From NCBI RefSeq assembly GCF_009914755.1, contig NC_060930.1: 64,000 bases of DNA; one strand, 5' to 3'. A model generated the notes under the pieces. It was not told where the DNA came from and ran no database searches. It was given only the letters and a program-made list of their open reading frames with translations. The DNA is from the human T2T-CHM13v2.0 reference genome, Homo sapiens. The translations under genes and the position numbers were made by a program. This document shows, piece after piece, positions 1 to 18,828 of the stretch (position 1 is its first letter; every line of letters begins with the position of its first letter).

Positions 1-436
1 GGTCATCTTCTTGGTGAGCCTTCCCCAAGCACCTTATCTAAGATTCCTCTGTACCCCTCCTTCTTCCTAGTTACTTTCACCCATGTTTACTGCCTGTTCA
101 CAATCTGTAAGCTATTACCTTGTTCTTTAACACATTTATTGATTGTCTATCTCTCATGCTAGCATATAATCTCCATGATCTCTTTCCTGCTTACTGCTGT
201 GTCTTCTGTACCAAACACAAAGGATTTAACATAAAGTAAGCACTCAACACGTATTTTCTAAATAAATGAAAGAGGCAAGGAGTTAGGAGGAACATCAGGT
301 AATAAGTAATGAATCCTAGTGTCTTGCTTGACGTCTTGGAATTCTTGGTTGGTTATTGTCCTCAGATGCTGAGAACACTCTGAGTTCTCAACAAAGATGG
401 AATGCAATGGGGCTGAGGGCTGTGAAGAGCAGGTTA

Positions 437-883
<447 letters not shown>

Positions 884-1161
884 CTAGAAAGATATGTCAA
901 GGCTAGAAGAAAATCTGAGATCATCAAGTTCAACTCGTTGATCATCAAGTTCAACAGAGAATAGCAGTGACTTGTTTAAGCTGTCACAGGCAAAGACTAC
1001 AATTAAATCAGTTATTATCTATAAGGTGTTGAGAATTGTGCCTGACACACGGTAAGCACCGTTTACATGTTTGTTTTTATATGAAACAGATCAAAGTCTT
1101 CTAATTGCCACCTTTCCCACTTCTAGTCAGGGATTCTCATCCTGCTTCAGCACCCTATTAC

Positions 1162-1329
1162 CTGTTGTGTTGCATGAAGACCAGGTTCCAAAGCTCTACC
1201 AGCTGGGGGGCTCCCACCCCACCAGCAAGGTCGTAGTGGATCTCAGTACAGGGCCCACAAGGGCCAGTATCCCCCATCTCCCAGAAGTTCTCTTGTGGTC
1301 CAAAGGAAAGCACACGGCTAGCAGGCACC
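1162..1329 (-). CDS. AARS2: AARS2 coding exon 4
   Basis: Acceptor ccccag|G and donor CAG|GTAATA; 168 nt. Contains [20 protein letters not shown] and ELWNLVFMQ, both AlaRS signatures. Confidence 0.97.
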
Positions 1330-1556
1330 CTGGGGAGAAAAGCAGGTGAGTGGTGGGAGACAGACAGACCCAGAAGCTGGGACTCTCTCTGCCATGAGAG
1401 CCCCTCCCTCAAGTCACAGCTCAGCAAGAGGAGGAACAGGGCTGACCCCACAATATCCTGGAATGAAATGCTAAGACTCTGAGGATTGGTGCTGGTAGTC
1501 TCCACTTTCCAGTCCTCCTGACCTCCAGGAATGAACATAAGAAGGGGGCTGACTTA

Positions 1557-1895
<339 letters not shown>

Positions 1896-2131
1896 CTAAG
1901 TCCTATCTTCTTTCAAGTCCCAGACCAAGTCCCACTTTCACATGAAATTCTCTGCCTACTCTAGCCTAGAGTGATCTTTAACTCCAGTAAGCACCTTAGC
2001 ATTGCTGTTTGACCATTTATTCAAACAACAATTTTTGAGTGATCATTAGGCAGAAAGTACAGTCTCTGCCCTTCAGGGACTTACAATCCAATCAGGGAGG
2101 TGAGGTAATTCCTGTTACACCGGCTCAACTA

Positions 2132-2476
<345 letters not shown>

Positions 2477-3139
2477 TCAGTAGAAGGGAAATGTGGGGAG
2501 TGAGGATAGGGATGGCTGTTCAGACCGAAGGCTGACTGTGCCCCTGAGAGTGCAGTGTAATCTTGGTCTATGAGGACAAACTGGGAGCCTCGGGACAGCC
2601 ATCTCTGGTGTGTGGGGAGCAGAGAAGAGGTAAACAAATCATGAACCGGAGACCCTCTGCCTAGTAAAATAGGCAAGGTAAAAGAAGGAGGAATGTGTTG
2701 GGAGCTGGAAATGGGACGCTGAAAGGTGGCATCCTCCGTCTCAGCTTCTTCAACCACACCCAATAACTTCAGGGAACAAAACTGAGACTCATTTAGTAGG
2801 GAGCCCAGACGGCCTCTAAGGTTAACTTATGCCGCCCCTATTTTACAGATGAGGACAATGAAGTCTAGAAAAGATGAGTGGTTGATAAAAACCAAAACCT
2901 TAGAGAATAGTACTCAGCAAACAATAGGTGATCAATAAACATTTAATGAAAGCGTTATCTTTATTTAAATAACGAATAAATGAAATCAGACTTCTCCCTC
3001 GGGATTCCACTCCAGCCATTTCTGGACCTAATACTCAATTCCAATCCAGAAGTTCCCAGCTCAAGCCCTCCCCAAGCCCTCCCTATACTCTGAGCGCCGT
3101 ACCCCCATCACTTTACCCAACCAAGCACCGCCCTCTTTC

Positions 3140-3660
<521 letters not shown>

Positions 3661-3862
3661 AGTAGGCTCTTAATTCATTCGGCATTAAGCAAATATTCAT
3701 TGAGAGCCTACTATGTGCTAGGCATTGTTTTGGGCTTTTAGGGTACAAAATTGACAAAATGCCCTGCCCACTGAAATCCGTATTCTAGCAGTAATTGCTG
3801 TTGTGCTTATTAGTTTTGCAAAGTTACAGATGGGGTTGCAATAAACAGGTGTGGATTCAACT

Positions 3863-3864
<2 letters not shown>

Positions 3865-3897
<33 letters not shown>

Positions 3898-3905
3898 GTG
3901 TGTGT
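3865..3905. repeat. (TG)n microsatellite just upstream of the AARS2 promoter
   Basis: Direct reading; interrupted TG run. Confidence 0.95.
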
Positions 3906-4798
3906 TTTTCCAGGCTGAGGGAAGAAGGCAGAGAGTGACAGGGGAGTATCAGCATTCATTCAAGAGGTATTCAACAAATATTTATTGAAGACCTAGTATG
4001 TGCTAGGCACTGTTCTAGGCATTTGCCAGTTCCCTTGGACCTTGGCATCAGACACGGCCATTTTTGCCCGTGAAGCAGGAGTCTATAGGAGAACACAGAA
4101 GCCAAACAGCATCTGCTATATTATTAATTGCCTAACATTTGGTCTTCTCATTTGCCTGGGGATCAGAGAGAATCCAGGTCGTCAAGGCAGGAGGAAGCTG
4201 TTGGCTAATAGCTGCAGAGATTTCACTCTCTAAGCCTTCTAATGCCCTAAGGTTTTGTGTGTTTTCGTTTAGGATAAGAGATATACCTGTTCTACCTCTC
4301 CCTTCTGTCTTTCCATAGTAACAGCTGTGACCCTGAAGCCAACAGGCCCTTGTGGATGCAATCAGGGTGCTCATGGGGCTTCTCATGATGCCCTTGGCTT
4401 GGGAAATTAAACAGATTGGGAAGACAGAAGAGAATCTGCCAAAGCTAAAACTCAATAGAGGTTCCAGAGCTGAGGTCAGTGTAATAACCGAGAAGGCCTT
4501 AGCCATCAGGGTGGTCTCTTTTAGCCACGATTCTGTGTGTGTTAAGTTATTTGGGGTCTTTGTATACATAGTTTCTCTGCGGAATCTACATTGGACTTGA
4601 ATTTCTATAGTGATAGTAAATTCTTAACTTTGTGTTCTGACAGCACCTATAACTCCTATTCCATGATCCCCTTTTTCTCCCTTTGCCCACATAGATTAAA
4701 GGTGTTGTTTTGAAAGTGTGTTTGGCCTGTTTTGGTTTTTCCAGTGTTTCTGGAACAGAAAGCTAAAGCCAGCTGGGGATTTCTGTGTGATTAATGAC

Positions 4799-5090
4799 TT
4801 TTTTATTTTTTTGAGATGGGGTTTCACTCTTGTTGTGCTGGCGTGCAATAGCACAATCTCGGCTCTCTGCAACCTCTGTCTCCCGGGTTCAAGCAATTAT
4901 CCTGCCTTAGCCTCCTGAGTAGCTGGGATTACAGGCATGCATCACCACGCCCGGCTAATTTTGTATTTTTAGTAGAGATGGGGTTTCTCCATGTTGGTCA
5001 GGCTGGTCTTGAACTCCCGACCTCAGCTGACCTGCCTACCTCAGCCTTCCGAAGTGCTGGGATTACAGGCATGCACCACTGCGCCCAGCT
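4799..5090 (-). mobile_element. Full-length AluS
   Basis: Poly-T followed by the antisense Alu dimer. Confidence 0.95.
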
Positions 5091-5289
5091 GAGATTGATG
5101 ATCTTTAGACAAGACTGTGAAATTATTTCCCAAACTGAGATGGGAGTGTTTTGCCATACAAACCTGGCAGGGCCTCTACTCAGTACTGACATCAACTTTT
5201 TTTTTTTCAGATTTTGCCCAGAAAGTCATTGTGTTACATTAGAAACTCCAAACATGGATCTAGTGTGGAGCCATATAATTTTTTTAAAA

Positions 5290-5640
5290 CAGCTTTATTG
5301 AAATATAATTTACATGCTATACAATTCGCCCATTTAAATAAAGTATACAGTTCAATGCCTTTTAGTATATTTACATAGAGTTGCCCATCCATCACCACAA
5401 TCACTTTTAGAACATTTTCATTACTTCCAAATAAAACCCCAAATCCTTTAGCCATTAACCCCCAATCGTCTCATCCTTCCTAGCCCTTGGCAACCACTAA
5501 TCTACCTTCTGTCTCTACAGACTTGTATATTCTGGACATTTCATGTAAATGGAATCATGTAATATGTGGTTCTTTGTAACTGGCTTCTTTCACATAAAAT
5601 AATATTTTCAAGGTTCATCCATGTTGTAGCATGTACCATG
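5290..5640 (-). mobile_element. Old L1M 3'-end fragment
   Basis: Typical antisense L1MB/MC 3' UTR text (cagctttattgaaatataatttacat...ggcaaccactaatctac...ttcaaggttcatccatgttgtagcatg). Confidence 0.85.
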
Positions 5641-6494
5641 GATTTTTAGAAAAATGTTTTTAGTTGTTTTCTGTTTGAAGTAGGTTTTTCTCTCATCTAA
5701 TTTTGTCTTTGCCACTAAAAATGATAATTTTCTTTTCTTTAAATGTGGTGCTCTTTGGTGAATCATTAGGTTCTTTTTAATATTTCCCAGTGAAGCAAAG
5801 CGGTTCATCTAGGATTGGGACGTGTCTGTTCTGGTTTGCAGCTGTCATCTGATGAGGAAGTTAAATTGAAGGACTGCAGTTTCCCAAGATAGATGGAGGT
5901 GGAGAAAACTCATCAGACAGGGAAGTTACCAATCCTGGGAACTTCTCTGAAGGGTACTGATCCACTGTCTTAGTATTTATGGGAATTTCATTTTGAGGTT
6001 TAACATGCAAATGGGGTCTGCTTTTTGCGAGTTACTCAGCTGGGTTTTGTGAGCAACATTTGGGGTGCTCCTTTCATTGTTTAAGACAGTGGTGCTTTAT
6101 CTTCCCTGGAGGTGGGATTTACCCTTACGTTGCCATTCGACCTACTTATCTTGGTAGGTTCAAGGCATCCAGCCATTCTTTGTGCTCTCCCTTTCACCTT
6201 GTTTAAAAGATGTAACACTCTTATTCTAGGAGTAGAAAGTGTCCTTTCTGATTTCCCGATTGGCTTTGAGAGCAGGACCCCAAGATCAGTGAGACATTCT
6301 GTCCTGGATTGATGGTCAGAGAAGACAAAGGGAATTTTCACTCTTACTAAGCATGGGGAACTCAACTTTGGGAATTTCCTCTTATAAATCATAAAAACAG
6401 TCTTTTAGCGTCTAGGTTAAAAAGTCAGCCTACGACAGGTGTTTCTGATTTGATGTGTTTATTTATGGCATTGGCTTATCTGGATTGTGAAAGC

Positions 6495-6665
6495 AACCAA
6501 CACTTGCCAAACATTAATATGCATATGGATCTCCTGCGATCTTGTTACATATGCAGACTATGATCCAGTAGGTCTGGAGTAGGTGAAATTCTGCATTTCT
6601 AGCAGGCTCCCGGTGATGCTGCTGCTGCTGCTAGTCTACTAGACCATACCTTGAGTGACAAGGGT
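6495..6665. mobile_element. MER5-family hAT DNA transposon relic
   Basis: gatcttgttacatatgcagac...agtaggtctggag...ctgcatttctagcaggctcccggtgatgctg...gaccatac matches MER5 text. Confidence 0.75.
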
Positions 6666-7237
6666 GTAGTAAAGGACTTGTGAGGGGAGTCTGGACACAG
6701 GCTTTAGGAAACGTTCTTTTGCCTGGTCCTGGGGCCTAAGACTCAGGTGCCCTTAGGTTCTCCCTTTCTCCTGGGAGGGGTGCTCACCCAGAGTAGGTGG
6801 GTGTAGCTGGGAGCTCATCGTGCGCAAGAGCGCTCGCCCCCTTCCTTCCCCCAGCTTCTTAGGGAAGTGAGGGTGGTGATTGCGTCCGCCTGTGGCTTAG
6901 AGCCGTGGAGGTTAATGTGGACCAGGGTGGAAGGGGAGCGGTTACCATGGGAATCTGGCAAAGTCATCAGGGCACGCCGATGGCTGGTGGAGCCCCCGGA
7001 TCAGGAATTCAAGTATTGGTGGACCCTTGAGGGCCTCAATTCTAGAGGTTTATCCTCATGCATTAAAAAAATACTGTAGTTACATTTTATTTATTTTTAT
7101 TTTATTTTTATTATTTTTGAAAGAGATAGGGTTTTGCTATGTTGCCCAGGCTAGTTTTGAACTCCTGGTGTCAAGCATTCCTCATGCCTCGGTCTCCAAG
7201 ATAAACATTTTAACTGGTTATAGAAATACCTACATAA

Positions 7238-7616
7238 GAAAGAAGTAGACATAGGAGACTCCATTTTGTTCTGTACTAAGAAAATTTCTTCTGCCTTGGG
7301 ATGCTGTTAATCTAGAACCTTGCCCCCAACCCCGTGCTCTCTGAAACAGGGTTAAATGGATTAAGGGCGGTGCAAGATGTGCTTTGTTAAACAGATGCTT
7401 GAAGGCAGCATGCTGGTTAAGAGTCATCACCACACCCTAATCTCAAGTACCCAGGGACACAAACACTGCAGAAGGCCGCAGGGACCTCTGCCTAGGAAAA
7501 CCGGAGACCTTTGTTCACGTGTTTATCTGCTGACCTTCTCTCCACTATTATCCTATGACCCTGCCACATCCCCCTCTCCGAGAAACACCCAAGAATGATC
7601 AATAAATACTAAAAAA
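7238..7616 (+). mobile_element. 5'-truncated SVA (SINE-R domain only), probably an older subfamily, inserted in a MER58-like relic
   Basis: HERV-K LTR-derived sequence with the SVA-specific internal deletion (ggaaaaccggagacctttgttcac), AATAAA and short poly-A. Perfect 16-bp TSD AGAAATACCTACATAA at 7222-7237 and 7617-7632. Confidence 0.92.
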
Positions 7617-7953
7617 AGAAATACCTACATAACAACTTCGATTTTGCCTCTTGGCCTGGAAAGCCTAAAATATTTAATACGTGGCCCTTTTCAAAAAAAG
7701 TTTGCCAAACACTGCAATAGAGATTTTTTAAAAATCACACCATAAAACGTAGATGCAGAAAATCAACCAAAACAAATGTTGACTTGTTTCAATGTTGTTG
7801 ATTCAAAGACAGACATCTTTGTATCCACTACCCAGGTCTTGAAATAGAACTTTGCAGCCACCCCAGGGCCCCTCCATGGATTCTGCCCTGCCCCCAACCA
7901 GCTTCCTTCTCCCAAAGGTGACCATTACCCTGACTTTCATAGTAATCACTGCA

Positions 7954-8292
<339 letters not shown>

Positions 8293-9289
8293 TAGATGTT
8301 ATAGTCTTGCACGTTTTTTAAAAAAGCGTATCGACTTGATATTTTAAGTCTTTTTATCAATAGGTTCCATCTCCATCCTTTTCCTTACAGTGTATCTACT
8401 GCTTAGCTACGGAGATTTGATCTGTGGTTTCCCACAGTCTAAGTTTTTGCTGACTCCATATTCGACATTCAACTCACATTCAACATGTTCCTCTGTCTTC
8501 TCTATTTCATGCAAATTAGCACCTGGATGTGGAGATTTGATTAGACACAATTTTGAATCTCTTTGGCAAGACCATAGATACCCCTTCACCAGAGGGTACA
8601 TCAATGTATGGTTGTCTGTATTTCTGTGATCCTAGCAGCCCCGATAACATAATGCCTACATCTGTTAACGCACTGGAAGGTGCAACATGGTGATATGTTA
8701 ATTCTGTCATCTCTTTTTCGTTTATTAATCGGAGTCTTTTTATGAAGAGATGCTTCCCCTAATCAATTATTTGTTAATCAGTGGTATAGTTAATGTAGAA
8801 AAGGCTACATGCTTGATTTTGCCCCCTTCAGTTATCAGTGTTCAAGATAATGGATTTGTTTCTATCACTCTCCAAAAGTGAGCTATTATTGTATTTTCAG
8901 CATCATTGTGAAGTCATGGATTTCAGCCTATTTGATGGTTCCAGTCCATTGCAATTACAGTGCTGTGTCCATTAAAGCTCAAAGTGTCCCATCTTTGGTT
9001 AGTGGGAATCTTTTTGATTTGCCTTCTGAGTCCCTTTGACATGACTCTAGTAATCTTTGATAGATTCCTTGCTTTCTGTTATGGCAAGATATTTCTGGCT
9101 CGTTTTGTCCATTTTTTTGCCCCAGTCCTGGAATCAGCCATGTACAAAAGTCCCAGCTCCTTTTAATATTAGGGAGAAGGTAATTCAACACTACAATCTA
9201 GGTGCTAGCAATACTTATTGCTACTGGGTCAGTCATTGTTTCCAGATTTTTATAGAGGACAGAGACAGGAGGAATATATATTTACAGAT

Positions 9290-10230
9290 AAAATGGTTCG
9301 TTAGAGGATTTTAAGCAGGGGAGCGACATGATCTGATTTATGCTTTTGAAAGATCCTTCCACCAAGGGACAGTTGATTATGGGGGTCATTGTGGAAGCAA
9401 CAATGCCTATTAGGCATTGTTGCTGATGTTGTCTAGGAGAGAGATGATGGACAGGATTGCAGAGAGATGATGGACAGGATTGCAGCTGTGAAGATGAGAA
9501 ATGGTTAGATTCAGGCTGCATGTGAGGGTAGGGCTATATTTGCCAATGGATGGGATGCAGAGAAAGGGAGAGAAGACTCATTTCTAAGTTTATGACCTGA
9601 ATAACAGTGTGGGTGGTGGTGCCATTCACTGAGACGGGAAAGCCTGGAGAAGGAGCAGGTCTGTGGAAGGGAAATAAAAAATCTGCTTTCATCGTGTTAA
9701 GTTTGAAATTAGACATCTACATGGAGAGGTCATTCAGTGTTCGATATGAAAGTCCAGAGTGCAGAGGCAAGATCTAGCTGCAGCTATAGATTTGGGGGGG
9801 GGGGGTACTAGCACATTGGTGGTCCTGGATGAGATAAGATCATCTAGTGGAAGATCAGGATGGAGGAAAAGAGAGGAAGGTCAGATCTTGGGTGCTTCCT
9901 GGGGAGCTGGAATAGGAGATGACTGTAGGAGAGGCTGAGAGGGCAGTCAGGGTCAGGAGGAAAACTGGAAAGAGTGTGGTTGCACCAAAGCCTCCAGATG
10001 ACCGTATTCAAGGAGAACGGAGTGGCCAGTGTGCCAGGTGCTGCGGGCGGTTAAGCAGAAAAAGAGTGGAGACCTAACCAATGGATCAGGCAAGATGGGA
10101 GCAGTTTCAGTAGAATGAAGGGAAGGAAAGCCCAACTGGAGCGGGCAAGGAGGGGAGACAAGAAGGTGGAGATAGGAAGTATAGGCAATTCTGGAGGAAT
10201 GTTTCAGGAAAGAGAAGTAGAAAAAAAACA
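9290..10230. mobile_element. Degenerate L2 LINE segment
   Basis: L2-typical text (gattttaagcaggggagcgacatgatctgattta; ggtggtgccattcactgagacgggaaag; tgttaagtttga). Confidence 0.75.
9438..9483. repeat. Perfect 23-bp tandem duplication
   Basis: AGAGAGATGATGGACAGGATTGC x2. Confidence 0.95.
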
Positions 10231-10471
10231 AAACAGTAGAGGCTGGACTGGACTGTGGGCTCTAGGAAGTATGTTTATTTATTTGTATAAGTCTGCTTTG
10301 GTCATGTTAAGTTTGAAATTAGACATCTACATGGAGAGGTCATTCAGTGTTCGATATGAAAGTCCAGGCTGGAGTGCAGTGGCATGATCGCGGCTCACTG
10401 CAACGTCCGCCTCCCAGGTTCAAGTCATTACAGGCATGAGCCACTGTGCATGGCTTGTTTATTTATTTTTA

Positions 10472-11017
<546 letters not shown>

Positions 11018-11928
11018 TCATTCTCTTGCACCTATTTCCTTGGTGAATATGCAGTGAGGTGTAGAGATGAAACTGCTGTCTAGAAAGAGAAGGTGATTTG
11101 CTAGGGATTAGCTGACACTGTTGGCTGCTCATTTAAGATTTGAGGTCCTTGATTTAAACTGAGGCTGATTAGCACAGCGGGATTTTCTCCATCCATGCCC
11201 AGCTACTGTTTGCACATTCAGAGCAGGCAGATAGTTGGGCATAATCAGGCTTTGGTCCTGCCATCCGAGTGTGATGGGGGTCAGGTAGGCATGAAGAAGG
11301 GTGCTTGCAGGGAAATGGTTAAAGTTCTGAAGCTTGTTCAGTATTTGAGTTGTAAACGCTACCCATCTTGGGGCTCATTTCATCTAATAGCCTTAGTATC
11401 CTGTTTCAAACCTTAAAACACAACTTTAAAAACATAATGATGTATATGATATGTGACTTCTCCCTCCTGCCTTTGGAAGCTTTTTTTTTTTTTTTGGATG
11501 GAGAAAAGAGACAAGAGACTGTTAGTGTGTAACATCTAAATATTATGTTAAAGAAGTAGTCACTAGTTTAGCCAGAGAAAATTTTATCTTTAAGCTGACT
11601 TTACATCGGAAACAGGAGTCCAAAAGACAGGCTTTTTTAAAGGCACTGAAGGAAAAACCCGTAAACACAAAATTCTATATCCAGCAAAAATATCATTAAA
11701 GAAGACAGAATAAAATTTTCAGATAAAAACTAAGAGAGTTTATCACCAGCAGATTGCACCATAAGAGAGTTCTCCAGGCTAAAGGGAAACACTACCAGAT
11801 AGGAAGTTGAACCTTTAGGAAGGAATGAAGAGTGCTCGAAATGTTAAGTTGTATGTAGATAAATATAAAAGGCTATTTTTTTCCTCAATTAAACAATATG
11901 TATTTAACTGTTTAAAGCAAAAGAATTT

Positions 11929-12226
11929 GGCTGGGTTTGGTTGTTCATGCCTGTAATCCCAGCACCTTGGGAAGCTGAGGTGGGTGGATCTCCTGAGCCT
12001 AGGAGTTTGAGACTAGGCTGGCAACATGGCAAAACCCCATCTCTACAAAAAACACAAAAATAAGCTGGGCATGGTGGCATGTGCCTGTAGCCACAGCTAC
12101 TCAGGAGGCTGAGGCGGGGAGGATTGCTTGTGCCTGGGAGGTCGAGGCTGCAGTGAGCTGAGATCGCATCACTGCACTCCAGCCTGGGCAACAGAGGGAG
12201 ACTTCTCTCTTAAAAAAAAAAAAAAA
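11929..12226 (+). mobile_element. AluJ
   Basis: Sense Alu dimer with J-type diagnostics (ggaggattgcttg...gaggctgcagtgagc). Confidence 0.92.
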
Positions 12227-12409
12227 TTGCAATTGTTAGTTCTATTTATTGCTCCTGTCCTTCAGGATGTGTAATATGACTACAACATACAAAATGGGAA
12301 TGGGAAGTTGAACCATACAGTTGCAAAGTAATTACATTTTACATGAAGTGGTGTAATATTAACTCTAGGTAGACTCTGAAAAGTGAAAGATATATTTTGT
12401 AATCCTCTG

Positions 12410-13515
<1,106 letters not shown>

Positions 13516-13559
13516 TTTACAGCAACCACTAAAAAAATCATGCAATGAGCAGCGCTATT

Positions 13560-14693
<1,134 letters not shown>

Positions 14694-15119
14694 TTACAAA
14701 AATTACTTAGTTAACTCAAAAAAAAGTTACAAATGGAGGAACAGAGTAACTAAAAACATATAGAACAAACAGAAAATGAATAGCAAAATGGTGGCAGTAA
14801 ACCTAACCATATCAAGAATAATATTACCCATGACCTAGCAATTCCTCTTCTAAGTATTTCACCAAAAGAAATGAAAAGAGCTATCTTCAAAAAGACTAGT
14901 ATGTGGACGTTCATAGCAACTTTACTTGTAATAACCAAGAACTTGAAGCGGTCCAGGTGTCCATCAACAAAGGAATGGATAAACAAACTGTGATATATTC
15001 ATACAATGAACTACAACTCAGCAATATAAGAACAAACCAGTGATATACACACAATATACATGAATCTAAAAAGATGCTCAGTGAAAGAAGCCTTACACAA
15101 AAGAGTACATACTTAATGA

Positions 15120-16475
<1,356 letters not shown>

Positions 16476-16978
16476 TAAGCAGCTTTTTTAACTGTAGTTG
16501 TGAATGCTGGGTTTGTGTTGTTTAGAAGACCACCTTCCAGTCATGGACCTGAGATGCTTTGGTACTATGAAGGGGAAGGAAGAAGGAAAGAGGGGTTGAG
16601 ATGCACAAAGAACACATCTATAATCCCAGCCCTATTAGCTAAGCAGTGCGTTTGACTAGCTAATAAAGCTCATGTGGCAAAGTGTCTGGGTAGCTTTCCT
16701 GGAGGCCTCACAATTAAGAATCAGTTTTTTCATCAGAATTGACCAAGGCCGGGGGTCTTGTGTAGTGTTTTTTCCTTCCTTGAGAAAATCTGGAATAAAG
16801 AAGGTCTGTATGTAATGCTATGAAAAGATCTCCAAGCCTGAAAAGAAAAACATGCAGAATGGTGTGATTGTATGCTACTACTGCAAATAAAGGAATGAAA
16901 AACAAAAACAAAAACAAAACATGTACTCATATTTGCTTATGTAGCTCTGGAAGGGACACATAAGAAATAATGGTGGTT

Positions 16979-17280
<302 letters not shown>

Positions 17281-18384
17281 ATAACAGTGGTTTCAACTGA
17301 GATGGGGGTGGAGGCGGGGCCTGGCCAGGGGTGTGGGGTGGCAGAGAGGCTTTCCCTGTATGCCTTTTTTTGGTTTTTGATTTTGCAAGCTATATAAATG
17401 AATTTCCCATTCAAAATTAAATAAATGAAATATAAAAAGAGAGACATAGAATAACATGAAACAATGTTCTCCATGTCCTTGGAAGAAATAAGAGAGGGAG
17501 ATTTTAGGCTGTGGCTTTGCCTGATTAAACATAATTTCAGTTACAAAGACGAGCACCACACTGTGAGACAGAGACTCCGCATCTTAATAAATGTGCATGA
17601 GGCTCTGCTGTCAAGGTACATTATTTTGATATTATTTTCATTTCTCTTTGCTTTGTTTTTATTTTGCTTGTTTGTTTATTCTACAGGTAAGTTTATCACT
17701 AAATCCTTTCCTTTCATAAAGATATTAAAGATATTTAGACCCCTTGCTAAATGTGGGATTTTTGTTTGCAGAATAACGTTATCTTTCAGAAGACATGCTA
17801 CAAAGTCAGGTGTTATATGATGTCTGTGGCTCCTGGGAGTCAAATTGGCTCACTTACCAGAATATCTGACTTCCATCTTTCATTTGAGCTGTTATGGAAG
17901 GAGATAGTTGTTCTGTCTTTGGTCTAGAAACCTGTGATAGGAAGCCCTTCCATGAAAAGTGCTTAATAAATTAGAACACAGAATTCCATTATCCCTTCTT
18001 GAAATGGGCCCTCTGTCTGTTTGTAAGGATGTCTGGAGAATGGAAATGTAAACACAGAATTAAGAATCCTAACTTTAATGCAATTTTCATTTGCTATCAA
18101 TGTACTCCATTGTCTTTGAGATGCTATTAAAAATGCATGCAGGATGTGAGTGAGATGAAACATCAAATTCAAGTTGAATCCAATTTACAATGGCACTCCA
18201 TTTCTTTGGCCCACCAGCTTCCAGGGGCTTTAAGCCATCTGGGACACAGCCCAGAGCATGGGAGTGAGCAAAAAGGGCCTCTGAGCGGCAAGAAGTGCTG
18301 CCGTAAAGTCTGAGAAGCTCAATTCAAAGGAGGGTCTTTCCCACACTCACTCAGGGCCCTTGGAATCAGTAACTTCCTTTATAT

Positions 18385-18625
18385 TATTAATAGTAGCTAC
18401 CCTTTTTTGGGCACTTACTATGTACCAGGTAACGTGCTTTATATGTAATACTTATTTAATCCTCACAACAATCCAATGAGGTAAGTTATAATTCCCATTT
18501 TACATATGAAGAAAGTGAGAGAAGTGAAGTGACTTGCTGGACATCATACAGACAGTAAATAGTAGAGCAGGAATCTGAACTCAGGCAGCCTGGGGCCAGA
18601 GCCTATGCTATTAACCATCATGCTC
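18385..18625. mobile_element. MIR SINE
   Basis: gcacttactatgtaccagg...ttaatcctcacaacaatcc...cccattttacatatgaagaaagtgag is the MIR core. Confidence 0.8.
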
Positions 18626-18828
18626 AATGTTCCCTTCTCTCTTTTAGTTATAGAACAGCTTTTGCAACAGACCACAGATGCTGAGTCTGTCTTGCTGCTG
18701 GATGTGGCCATGTGGATACATTTTTGGCCCCTGGACTAGGAGCAGAAGTGAGATGTGCCAGGTCATACAAGCTCTGCCCTTCTGCCTCTCCTTCTTTATG
18801 AGTTGGGATGTGGTCTTAGGGGTCAGAG

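Noticed and set aside
918-954. Small duplications (GATCATCAAGTTCAAC x2 here; also the 21-mer x2 near 28370-28411 and the 18-mer x2 near 34324-34359)
   Set aside because: Two-copy slippage duplications, common in the genome; no spacer array or CRISPR-like organisation.
7230-7598. ORFs MVMTLNQHAAFKHLFNKAHLAPPLIHL and the matching ORFs at 19162-19538
   Set aside because: Incidental frames in SVA SINE-R and LTR5 sequence; no gag, pol, env, rec or np9 coding region is present.
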